DNA of 62,429 nucleotides, filler included, from Hausera hauseri (Eukaryota), in the NCBI GenBank assembly GCA_046269625.1. It is 12 parts of 12 records of this genome, joined end to end, with 100 filler letters (N's around TTAATTAATTAA, not from the genome) between each part and the next. Parts side by side here need not be neighbours in the genome. Positions count along the whole stretch, not along the records: positions 48,386 to 53,323 come from JBJURY010385702.1; positions 53,424 to 57,903 come from JBJURY010560562.1; positions 58,004 to 62,429 come from JBJURY010588333.1; 9 more parts are not named here. One strand, written 5' to 3'. This document shows, in pieces, positions 50,869-62,429 of this stretch; position 1 is the stretch's first letter, and each line of letters starts with the position of its first letter. The notes beneath the pieces are model-generated. The model worked only from the letters and a program-made list of their open reading frames with translations. It had not been told where the DNA came from and searched no databases. A program made the position numbers and the translations under genes.

Positions 50869-52982
50869 TGGCTAATCAGCTTACTCACCTTGATGATACT
50901 AATAAAGCATATAGACGCTGTTACCGTCTACGATTGCGATAAATTCAAACTAGGGCGAAGATATTCGTTAATGGATTTGTAAGTGTGCGAATATTCCAGA
51001 CCGCACAAGTTGGAAACAAGAGAAAAATTACTTCCTGTATTAATAACGAGAATTGATATCGTGAGATGGAATGGAACGTATGCTGAGGCGATCTCGTAGC
51101 ATTTTTCACTGTGGGTTAGTACACGGACATTCCTCCATAATCAAGCCAACAACTCCGCTAATCCAAATGAATTTAGAACGCCAGAATTGCAAGCAAGCCA
51201 AGGAAACTGGAAGAGTACAATGGGACAATATGCAATTAGAAATGCAACTAGGAAAGATAATTAGGGCGTACAAAGTAGTGGTCGGAAGGTTAGATATGCA
51301 TAGCGGATATTGTTACGGAGCAGAATACGACACCGGAAAGGGATTGCAAACAAACGTGGTAGTCGTGGATTTCTACGAATCAGAGATGCGATCACAAAAA
51401 GTAATGTTCCATAGTGTCACCAAGTTACACACCGAGAATCAAAAATGTCATTTACAAGACGGAACCTGTGCTTTTAGAAGTTCCGTTATAATATGGGAAC
51501 CTTCCTCTGGAAGAAGTTGTAATTTTATTAAAATTAAGGAACTGAAGTTTAATGAAACTACCGGAAAGCGATACGTGGATAAATCGGATACCAACTCAAG
51601 GACACGCGAAGATGTATCAGAAAATCCTACGCCAACTATATTAATCTCCGATTAGCATGGACTAAAATTTATTAAGAAAGAAATGATTCCCCGTTAGGAC
51701 ATAGTGATGTTCGCTACTAACTATAAGGCGTTCTTCATAGCCGAAACCGAGATAAATGCGAAAACCTACAGGTTGGAGACACAGGATATCCGAATTGAGG
51801 ACTACTTGAAGAACAGAGATGATTACTTTTACTATAAAGGACAAGTCGGAATAACGGAATTATATCACAAAATGATCGAGAATGACTGTAAATTAGATAC
51901 CGAGATCATGAGGACGCAATTAACCCTTATATACTCCAACTTATAATTGGCTTCTCCAATAATTCCTATGAGAGAGGGAATTTTCTGTCAGGTCACGGGC
52001 GAGGTACTGCTAACCTATGAATGCGAAAAGAGAGATATACACATCAACGTGGAAAAAAAACGTTGTATTCAGGAACTCTCTCTCATCTATCAGAATATTC
52101 CCAGGTTAGCTACACCGTTGACGAGAGTGTTAATAGATAATGCAACCCAACCAACTATCCTTAAGGATCACAAAGCAAGCTTAGAAGAGCCTATGTTTAG
52201 ACGTAGTGAAACAGACTGGGTTAGTTTGCCAAATGGAGGTATTACTGCCGCTCCAAATAAATTAACAGGAACAAACCTTGCGAAAGGAATTACGGACGAT
52301 AAATTTCAAGATATCTCATCGAAAGGCATATATGGGCCTGAGGAAATTGAGGCTTTCAGACAATTCCTTGCTTTTCCGCGACAGCGAACACACGAATTAA
52401 ATCGAGCTATGGCCTCTGTAGTAGACAATACCCGATATCAGGCTAAATGGGAATCCTTACTTGGCGTAAACCATTATCAGCGAGTAACAACAGAAATACT
52501 CTACAAATTTTGGGGAAGATTTTTGATTTTCGGACAAGCCGCATCCGGATTCTTAGAGATATATTTTCTGATACAAATGATTAAAGCAGTCATCCAACCA
52601 GTAATAAATGGGTATGAAATATTTACATTGACCGGATTTTCATGTAAAATACTGACCGCAATAATAATACCCTTTGGGAAGTTTTTAAAAACATACGAAG
52701 AAAACAGATGGAAATCGGTCGCAGAACGCCATGTTGGTTATAATAATCGTAAACGAAAAGGAAGGCAAAAATATACGAAGAAATAATTCAGATAATGACG
52801 ATCCTAAGGGAGGAGAAGTACTTTCAGTAATAAACAGATACAAGACGTACTCTGCCATTAAAGCACCATTGCCTATGTTATCTCCTACTGCTCCAGTCTA
52901 CGAAGACTGTGAAAAACAATCCATGAGTTTATACCAGACGGAAATCTATAAAAGGAAGATTAATGTAGAAGGCCCGTATTAA
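50869..52982 (+). pseudogene. Chuvirus-type glycoprotein, disrupted
   Basis: Signal WLISLLTLMILIKHIDA|VTVYDC, YSLMDL.VC, FHCGLVHGHSS, GYCYGAEY, CHLQDGTC, IIWEP, GIYGPEEIEAFRQFLAFP, FWGRFLIFGQAASG...IKAVIQPVINGY. These correspond to recalled chuviral G motifs. Confidence 0.8.
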
Positions 52983-53424
52983 GGCACCAAATGCTACGGG
53001 ATCCTACGGAAAATGTGTTACCGACAGTCCGTTGATGATCCCAGGATGTTGTATTCTCCGAGTGAATCTCGAAATATAGAGACTAAATCGCCTGTTTGGG
53101 AAAGCCCAAGGTTAAGAACCTTTCGGAACATGGAACCGCACACTAACAATCGAGAACCATTAACCAGTACTCAGGAAGCAGAAGATTTAAACCTCGAAAA
53201 CAATGAATTATACCCAAACGGTGAGTTAAGGCAACTGGCCGAGCACATAGTATCCTCCCCAGAAATCCGAATCAACGAACATAAGATATCAGCGGCAAAA
53301 CGCTCAAAGGATGCATCAAACTGNNNNNNNNNNNNNNNNNNNNNNNNNNNNNNNNNNNNNNNNNNNNTTAATTAATTAANNNNNNNNNNNNNNNNNNNNN
53401 NNNNNNNNNNNNNNNNNNNNNNNA

Positions 53425-53538
53425 AACAATGTTGAAGTGAATATCCGATGTGACGCGGGCTATCTTATTGAATTTCCGTACGGTACCACAACCAGTCTAA
53501 TTCTTCATTTCCGTCGAATCCAAAAACAACATGACTAA
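53425..53538 (+). pseudogene. Polinton/Maverick minor capsid (penton-like) C-terminus
   Basis: NNVEVNIRCDAGYLIEFPYGTTTSLILHFRRI matches the IxIxIRDxxGxxIxF..GxxxxxLHFRR ending. Confidence 0.7.
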
Positions 53539-53894
53539 TTCTGAAATCGGTTCCATTTACAGTAAACCTCACAGGGTGGTTAACTGCCGTATTTCGTTGG
53601 TACACAGTATGGCTCTGAATAGTTGCGTACATTGGCAAGTTTAGCATTTACGGTATTGATGCGTATTGGAGCCGTGGCAGCAAAAGGGCACAGGACGTAC
53701 TATGTGATAACAAATCGATTGTACCATCGCTAAAGGAACACGCCTTGTCGGAAATAAAAAGCGCTGCACCGGGAGTCGTTGAATCGGTCAAAAAACAATT
53801 CTCTGGCAATGGCTTGATGAGAAAACGCCGTAGAGCATCATTGACCTCATCAACTATAAACAAACGTCATCGTCGTCGTACGATTTTCGATTGA
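53531..53894 (+). pseudogene. Polinton small basic ORF between penton and MCP
   Basis: GG*LPYFVGTQYGSE*LRTLASLAF...AQDVL...SLKEHA...SGNGLMRKRRR...KRHRRRTIFD*: amphipathic QxGxG start and basic xIFD end. Two frameshifts. Confidence 0.6.
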
Positions 53895-53913
53895 TTGATT
53901 GACAGATAGACAA

Positions 53914-55141
53914 ATGGCATCTGCAAAATCTGAATATATTTGACAAAGCGGCGTCACAAGTTGTTATTGACAATGCGGCATTTGAAGAAATCTACCCGTT
54001 GATTTGGTTTCAACGGACGATAACACTGACATTTAATTTAACATTATAACATCGGACAATGAATACCTGAATTTGAACGATATGCTACTCTATGTAAAAG
54101 TCATTGTTAAAAATGACGCATCAACGGTTCTCGCTGCAACAGACACTGTCCCACTGGCCAATTACCTTTTCCTCACATTGTTCCAGGAAGCTTCACTGAC
54201 TGAACAGCGTCAAAATCAAAGGCAACACCTGTCTATACAGTATCAAAGCACTCACTGAATCGGCTCTGAATTACAACACAAGCAAGAAAAGGACTCATTT
54301 GACGAAAACCATTGGATATGACGCCACTCCGGCAAACCGTCAGGCGTGGGTGGCAGAATCAAAGGCACTGACAATGTGTGGACCCTTGCACTTTGACTTT
54401 TTCGATTAGCCAAAATATATACTGCCCGGTGTTAAAGCCATGATTTGCTTCAAACGCAGCGGCAATGTATTTTGTTTGAAAACCACCGTTGGAAATCTCA
54501 AACCCCTACTGAAAATTACCGAGGCACGATTATACGTATGTCGAGTAAAGATAGAATTATCTGTGCTCATGGGACATCGATTGGGCTTGGAAACGCAAAA
54601 TGCTTGTTACCCGATACAACGCACAGAACTCGTCTTTTACATCATACCCAAAGGTTCGACAACGTTTTACAAAAATGCACTATTTGGCGACATGCGATTG
54701 CCGAAATTTGTGCTCGTTACATTTCAAACGACTGTTCCACAATCGGGCAGTTATACGATCGATTCGGAAACGTTTACCCGTAGCAATGTGAATTACATCA
54801 GTTTGGATAAGAATACGGATTTCGTTGAGACATACAAGCAAGATTTCGAGACCGGCGATTATGTTTGCACATATATGCAATCTATTGTGCGCAACATGGG
54901 TTTGCTCAACAAAAACATCAACAATAACATATCGATGGATCTGTTCAAGTCCACCTATCCATTCTTCACTTTTGTCCTGGCGCCGGATTATGACGTTGAA
55001 CAGACTCAACTACCTCAGCAGGGAAACCTACGACTGGAGGTTCACTTTGCTAAAGCGTTGGAAAAACCTACCGTGATGTACATTTACGGTGTATTTGATG
55101 CCTAGGTTGAAATAACGAAAAACGGAACTGTCATTGTATAA
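53914..55141 (+). pseudogene. Polinton/Maverick major capsid protein (double jelly-roll)
   Basis: LNIFDKAASQVVIDNAAFEEIYPL, ITEARLYVCRVK, YPIQRTE, LPKFVLVTF, FTFVLAPD, GNLRLEVHFAKAL, IYGVFDA*VEI. Several stops and frameshifts. Confidence 0.88.
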
Positions 55142-55235
55142 ATAAAATCCCATGTATCTCACCTTTTATCCTTCGTCGTATTATGAAGTAATTTAATACT
55201 ACTATTACTATTATACTTAATTCACATTTAGCTCC

Positions 55236-55589
55236 ATTGAGCTCAGTCACTACGGAAAACTGCTCTTGGGCGTGAAATTTCGTGGCGTGTTTCCAGTGGA
55301 CCGTGTGCCGCGCGATTTACGACAAACCGACGGCTTTATTGTCAATACACACACTTCACCGTTGCCAGGCGAACATTGGATTACTGTGTACGTCCACCAT
55401 CCGACCAACGTCGTCAAAGTATTCGATCCGCTCAGATTTTACTATTCGTCATCGTTAGTTTCTCAAATTGAACAGAAATCACCATCATCGTACCGTGTTG
55501 AATATAATCGAGTTCATTATCACCATCCAATGACTATACTGTGTGGAAATTACTGTTTATTGTGGCTTACTTTACAATCACTTTTGTGA
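55236..55589 (+). CDS. Polinton adenain-like cysteine protease (likely decayed)
   Basis: FRGVFPVD, IVNTHTSPLPGEHW (His), VFDP (Asp), LCGNYCL (Cys). The oxyanion Gln appears replaced and no clear start codon is present. Confidence 0.88.
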   Translation: MELSHYGKLLLGVKFRGVFPVDRVPRDLRQTDGFIVNTHTSPLPGEHWITVYVHHPTNVVKVFDPLRFYYSSSLVSQIEQKSPSSYRVEYNRVHYHHPMTILCGNYCLLWLTLQSLL

Positions 55590-55758
55590 AATATATGTGT
55601 GTTATTTTATTGCTGTTGTTTTGTGTACCAAAGAGCGAACAAATCATGAGAAATAATAATAATATGATATGTGACAATCATTCTGATTGTGAGTAGTAGT
55701 AGTCAATTATGAGTTCGTCGTACAAAATAAAATTTACACAAGCCTTTTTACAAAAAAC

Positions 55759-56640
55759 AAACGAACGAATGAACGAACGCATTTACAATGAGATTTTGAC
55801 TTTTTAACAATTCGCTTTTTCGTTCGTTGCATTTTTCACCCCGATCCACTGGTCTGATCGTGAGGCGGCTGTAATATGAAATGCTCAACTACTGATGAGC
55901 TACGTGCTCAACCCAATTCCACAGCCATTAGACTTGAAGAATTGGAAATTTTTACCGTTTGAATATTTCCCCATGTTCCCATAGTCAGACCAAGTTGAAA
56001 TTGTGCGCGCAGTCGATTACCCAGCATCGGTTTGATATTTGCACCAAACACTGCACAATTCGTAACTCGTTTCTCGTTTCTCAAAACATTTCCTGTTTCG
56101 CTTCTTTTGCTTCTAGCGCCGCCTAGTAAAATTTTCGACTCTCGCCGCGCTAGAAAATTTTGCGCCACTCATCGAGCTCTACTGATTTCCATCGGTGACA
56201 TGTGCCAAACGAACGAACGAACGCATTTACAGCGATGATTTTGACTTTTAAGAATGTGTTTTTTCGTTCGATCGTTCGTTCGTTCGTTTGATTGAATTTT
56301 TCACCCCGATCCATTGGTTTGATCGTAACGTGGCTATAATATAAAATTTTCTGCAGCTTATGAGCAATGAATTAGATCAATTTCCATCACTGGCAGACTT
56401 GAACATGGGGAAATTTTACCAGTTTGAAATGTTTCCATCTATTTTTTCCCATGTTCCCATGGTCTAATCGACTTGCAATAGTGTCCGTTGCAATCGCCAA
56501 TATTGATTTACCCCTTATGCACATTTCCTCAGTGCTAACATGTTTTGCGTTACACGCGGAGCATTTCCTGTTTTGCATCTTCCTCTTCTAGCGCCTTTCC
56601 CTAACATTTTTCGCATATCGCACCTATACTAACTTTTTCT
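55759..56640. repeat. Two diverged tandem ~444-bp units
   Basis: Each unit: (GAAC)n-GCATTTACA-GATTTTGACTTTT-(CGTT)n-TTTTTCACCCCGATCCA-...-CCCATGTTCCCAT-...-CATTTCCTGTTT-CTTCTAGCGCC. Starts at 55759 and 56207. Confidence 0.85.
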
Positions 56641-58003
56641 CCCCTCGTCACGGGCTGTCAATATCATTTGGTCCAAAGTCCATTGCTCGACCTCATTTCC
56701 TTGGGTGGGGGTCGTGAGAAAACGTTTGTGAAATGTTCAGAATAACCGGTTAGGTGGGGTAAACTGGTCGGCTGGCCAAGCAGAGACGTGCGGCAGAACG
56801 CTCAATTCTACCTACTTATACTACCTCAAAAAATAACGATTCAGTCCAATCCAGAAAACCAAATTTGTGATTCGAAATGTTACAATCAAGAATAATTGAC
56901 CATGACTAAATATTTCTGTAAAAATAATGAATACCTATATATAAAATTGGTTTCTTGATGAGTTTCTTCACCACTTTTGTACGTACATTGTAAAATATTA
57001 TTCTCCAAAGTTGCAAATTAATTAATTAAATTAATAATTAAATAGGCAATAAGAATTTTTATTGTGCCCTCATTCACAGGTTCTTCACCTTGATGACATT
57101 ACTTGAATTCACGAACATTTTATTACAAAAGACAAGTTGTTCAATCGATTAAAATTACGAATGAAGGAAACAAGCAACACTTATTTAAAGTACAAAGAAA
57201 TAACATCTAACTATCAAACTTCAACGACTAATTAGCTTCACCTCAAATTTATCTCGACAACTACACATCTTCCTATAAATCCAGAAAATTTAATTTACGA
57301 ATAAAGATAAAACTCAAAGTTGAATGACGCAACTCCAAGAACGAAATTCATATATTTTGCTACAAACCAAAATCTAAGTTATAAATGAAGACGAATTCCA
57401 GAATTCTCAATAGTTCAATTTAGGTAATCCATGTGTCCACAAATCGAAAAATGGAAACTATTAATAGTCGGTGGACACCAGAGAAATTAATATTGTAACA
57501 GGAATGAATTCGTCAAGAGTCTCAAATCAGATAATGTCATAAAACCGAATATCGTTGTTTACTCAATATTGATGTGCAGCATTTATTAAAAAATTATCAG
57601 AAATTAAAGTTCAACCTCTGCTGCTGCTATATGGACACATGAAGAGAACATTTAGAAAATTATTATGTGAGCATATCAACACAATTTTTAGAATTACCGT
57701 AATGTTAAGATTAATGGTGAGAAAGCAAGAATAAGTTTTTGAAACTGTTGTCTAAAATTGCAAAATGAAAGTCGGAAATTATCATGAGAATATGGTAATA
57801 AATTTTGGAATTGCCGTAGTCACATGCAAAATTAAATGTGTCAATCACCAAAAATCCGACAGTATATAAGCTACCAACTATAGGCTACCATAACCAAAAT
57901 ATTNNNNNNNNNNNNNNNNNNNNNNNNNNNNNNNNNNNNNNNNNNNNTTAATTAATTAANNNNNNNNNNNNNNNNNNNNNNNNNNNNNNNNNNNNNNNNN
58001 NNN

Positions 58004-61000
58004 CCAGAGATTTAAAAATATCAGCTTCAAATTGCGGACCCTGGTCCATTATAATGTGATGTGGCGAACCAAAGAGGCTGATCCATATCTTGATAAATGC
58101 ATCTGCTATCGAATCGGTATTGGTTGATCGAAGAGGAAAGGTTTCCAGTCATTTAGAAGCCGGATTTATCATAGACAAGATGTACTGATAACCGTTGTCG
58201 GAAGGTAGAGGACCGACAAGATCTAAATGCACGGTATCAAAACGAGAAGTGCAAGGGAAGTGGTAAAGTGGTGGTTTGATATGTTTATGAACCTTATATT
58301 GTTGACATGCTACACATCCATTGACCCAGATGTGTACATGGGTACGCATAGTTGGCCATACAACGTGGCGTTGAGTAGATGAAATGTGGCTTTTGAACCC
58401 GGATGATGAAGAGAGTGAAAGTGATTGTAAGCTGTCTTTTTTAACGATGGAGCAAGAATGATTTTTTATTAGTCAAGTTGGATGTGTCGCAGGCGATGCC
58501 GTCAATGATCTCAACAGATTGAAAGGCTTGGAGAATATCAGATGATGGCTGATTACTTCTCAGGACTTCAGGGGAGAAAATTGGCTAAACCGTAATTAAG
58601 CTGACCGACCGCGACAGAAAATCTGCTACTAGATTTTCGGTGCGAGAAATATATTTAATAGAAAAGTTAAATGTCGACAGGTATGATATCTGTCGTTCTT
58701 GTATGGGTGATGGCTGTTTTAACGTCATGATATGAAGTAGAAATTTATAGTCGGTTTGGATGACAAATTGACGTGATAGAAGCAAATGCCTGAAATGATT
58801 TACCGCTAGAACTATGGCCAGTAGATTACGGTCGAATGTTGAGTATCGACTTTCTGGTTTCGTGAGCTTTCGGGAATAGAATTCTAACGGCTCATCGACA
58901 CCACTGCATATCTGGAGTAATATCGCCAGTGGCTGTGCTGGAGGCATCGGTGGTTAGTATTAGTTCCGCGTTGGGTTTTGGAAAAGCCAAGATTTCAACG
59001 GTATTCAGACCTTCGCTAAGGTGGTCAAATTGGTTTATTAGATCAGGAGTCAAGTGGATTAATTGCCTTTTCTTCCCGAATGAGAGGTGTGCGAACGGTG
59101 CCGTTAATTCGGAGCAGTGTGGCACGTATTTGTGTACGAAATGCAGTGTTCCTAGAAAACTCCTCATGTCGGTGGTAGTAGTTGGTAATGTCACATTTTT
59201 TAACTGTTGTAAACGATCCAGCTGGGAGGGAATGACCATCGGGCGTAATTATGTGGCTTAAGAAGTTGATGCATTTCTGGAAGAAATTACATTTGGAGAA
59301 ATTAATTTGCATGTTGCTTTGATGCAATCTATGAAAAATAATTCGGAGATGCTCATGATGTTGTTTGGAGGAGGTGGAAGCGACTAGAATGTCGTCTATG
59401 TATGGATGAGCAAAATAAAGACCTGAGAGTACGGTATCAATATGGCGTTGAAAGTTCTAGGAAGCGCTACGTAGGCCGAAAGGCATGAAGATATATTCAT
59501 AAAGGCCAAATGGTGTGATAACAGCAGTTTTTGGAATGTCATCAGGTGCAACAGGAATTTAATGATAGGCCTTGTGCAGATCAATGGTAGAATAGGTGTT
59601 GGTGTTATTGAGGCTATGAAGGATATCCTAAATGAGTGGTAGTGGATAGGCATCTGTAATGGTTAGGTTGCTTAATTGACGATAGTTGCCACATGGCCTA
59701 TAAGTCCAATCTTTCTTTTAAACTACATAAAGAGGAGAAGTCCAAGATGAATTCGATTTCCGAATAATGCCAGATTTTCCAGTTCATTAAATTCCTGTTC
59801 CACAGCCTTACGTCTGCGTGGCGACAAGGGCCTGACCTTTTGTTTGATAGCCCTTTGATGGTCTGTTTTTATATTATAATAAATTAAGCATAGAGACTTG
59901 AAGTTGATGTCCCTTTTGACTATGCGAAAGAAAGACGTTGTGATGTATGATTTAAGATCAGAGTCTAGAGATAAGAATGGTTGAGGCATGTCATCGGAAG
60001 AAACAGTTGCAGTAATTTACAAAAAGCAACTGACATTGCCACTGTTAACAACCAATTTGGATTTTTGTTTTAAAATAGATTTGTGATTGTTATTCATAGT
60101 TGAAGGAATACCGACTTTATCGAACGTTTTGTCAATAGTTCACGAAGCGTTCAACATATTTACGCAGGAGTGCAACGAATTGCTCGCTAGATTGTCTGAG
60201 ACATTTGATTTGATTTCCGATCGAGTTCTTGAGCAGCAGACAGCCGTATTTACAATCAACCAACAGATCGTGTGCGGTCAGGAAATACCAGCCGATTATT
60301 GGGGAATTTATATTAGCGATAAAGAACTTCCAAACAAACTTATCCGGTAGGTGATGGAAGGTAAAAGTTAGCTCTGTGTGCCAACAATGCGTAAAGGCTG
60401 TCCACTGGCTGTGAAGAGTTAAGGCGAAGAAAAATTGTTGGATGTTGGAGCGAAAGATTGCCGTAGAAAGGAAAAGGCGGTTCTAGAGTCAATGAGAAAG
60501 TCTATATTTGATGAAGTGTCAGAGAAGATTGCAGCTTTCGACAGAAAGACTACAGAGGTGGTATAAAGATGGCCAGAAAAATGCAATGTATTGCCTATAC
60601 CAGAATGTGCTGTAGAATCTGGCGGCGTTGTTAGTTTTTTGAAGGACTTGGAGAAGAAGAAGAAGGGGAGGAAAAAGGAAGAGATTTATTTTTATAATAT
60701 TTGCAACCAGGCACACATGATCTGGCCTGTGACTGGTTCTTATTATGGTAGATGCAAATAGGGTTGTCCACAGCGTATCGTTCGCTGTAGAATCGGCAGC
60801 CCAAGAAACAGTGCCTTGCATCCTTTCGAAACTTCGTATGAGAGAAGCAAGCCATGCGTCCGCCAAGTGAAATGGATCGCGTAGGGTGGTTTGAAGTGCA
60901 TCGCTCCCTTGAAGGTCTGGTTTCACTTCGCCGAGGTCCATTAAGATTGTTCAGTTGGGTGGTATTGGCCGAAATTGACTGCTGTAATGTGTCAGATTGT

Positions 61001-61383
61001 TGTTGCATCATTTTCAACTGTTGAGTGAAAAATGTTGTGCCTATAGCTGACGCGTGTGTGGTTGTAGCCGCAATTGGGCGAGAGTTATTTGTATGGAGGA
61101 TTTCAAAGGATTTATCAGCCATTATGGCCAATTTTTCAATTGCAGTGGACTCATCGACGACGGTAAGGAAGGTTCTGATTGAGGTGGGCTAAGACGATAA
61201 GAAATAACGGAGAATTATGTCCGCGTTATTCATAGGCGTCATACCTAAGGCGCTAAGCTGCAATATGGCCGATGGGAGAAAGTCGGATGGCTTTTGCTTT
61301 CCTATCGCATGGTCGTTGAAGCATTTTTGTATAATGTTGTCTATCGAAGGATCCGTGATATGGATTGTAGGAAATAAATCCAA
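58004..61383 (-). mobile_element. Decayed Mag-like Gypsy copy (gag-PR-RT-RH-IN)
   Basis: IGKQKPSDFL, two CxxH..AR.C..GC knuckles, A_AAA_AAC-TAA at 60631-60640, FLIDS, RT (YIDDIL), TTDAS, YSTFDR, HLDLVGPLP, MDQGPQFE. Confidence 0.92.
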
Positions 61384-62429
61384 TTCGATAAAGATAACTC
61401 CAAACGATAAGTCTTTATACTGACAATTTGTTTCACTTTGAATACAACTTGAAAATCTGATACAATCAATTAACCCATATATTTTATTTACTTATATACA
61501 TATTATTATATACACTAATGTCTTTAAAGATCAGTCTATCCATTGGTAATCATCGTTTCATTCCAATATGTAAAAAAATAATAATTCAACGAATTCGTAT
61601 GAAGAAAAACTGTTTGATGTTTCCTCCATAAAGTTCGAACAAATGGATGCTAAACTTTTCATCGAAAATTTTGACGATTTTCTCGCAACACAATGAATTT
61701 CATTAATTCCAACTTGTTTTATTGATCACAGGTCAAAGATAAATGCTCGATTACTTCGTTTCAATGAAAAGGTGATCACTAAGATAATGCGTGATTACTA
61801 TATTCATCCATTCAGGGATATTTGCTCTACCAACGGTACTTCATTTAACAGCAAACTGATTTCAATACCATGTTGATATTTCATCTCATTTCCATCTGAC
61901 AACGCTTCACTTGATATTCTGAGATTACACTTGATATTAACATGGTGGGGAAAGTCCTCTCACCAATCCGCTAACCCCTCCAGCGCGACCACACTTTAGG
62001 CACTACACCTAAAGCTTATAATGCCCTTGATTATTTTTTTAATTTTTTTTCAATTTTAGATCACATTCGGATGTAAATTTTCCTGAATATGTATTCGTGT
62101 CTTCCAGTATTCATCATTTGTAAAAGTAACATAAACGGATGTGTTTAGACCAAATTAACATGTGGCTTTAACCCCATCTCATTTTGGTAAATAATAAAGG
62201 TGCCGTTTCAGAAAGAGGAGGGGTAGAACGGAAAAAAGGTGAGGTGAAGTGGAAGTAAAAAAACGAGGCTAAGAAAAAGGGGGAAAGAGGGCAAATTAAT
62301 AGAGAAGGTCTCATTATTTTTGCAAAACTCACATGAATGAACTGATGGAAAAAATAATGGTGGAGTGAGCATTGGTGAGTGTATAGAGGGCATGTTGGAG
62401 AAAAAAAAGCATAAACTAGAATGCATAAA

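Noticed and set aside
48386-57903. Chuvirus-like glycoprotein next to Polinton capsid genes as one hybrid virus
   Set aside because: They are separated by the artificial linker at 53324-53423 and lie on different contigs.

Overview
Eukaryotic (invertebrate animal-like, AT-rich, ~50-bp introns) DNA. It is not one locus: 12 contigs are concatenated by 11 artificial 100-bp N44-TTAATTAATTAA-N44 linkers, so adjacency across linkers has no meaning. Host genes: the 3' part of an LRR/EF-hand (LRRC74-like) gene, prohormone convertase 2 (first three coding exons) and a >2350-aa Ser/Thr-rich mucin-like ORF. Most of the rest is mobile or viral: four copies of a Mag-like Ty3/Gypsy family, two copies of a second Gypsy family, LINE remnants, a Polinton/Maverick capsid-protease module, a CRESS-DNA-virus Rep, a chuvirus-type glycoprotein, and satellites. 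The most unusual observations are: (1) a ubiquitin-like domain ending RIRG(G) fused to the N-terminus of Gag in two divergent Mag-like copies; (2) a Gypsy family whose Pol runs on into a signal peptide, an FN3-like ectodomain and a TM segment (two copies), followed in one copy by a catalytically dead DEDDh exonuclease-like domain; (3) chains of unrelated host-gene fragments (PTCD1-like/Furry/DPAGT1; BTB-BACK/USP/WD40-like) joined head-to-tail directly upstream of, and co-oriented with, the Ubl-gag elements. All family assignments come from motif recognition by eye; no database search was run, and novelty is unverified.
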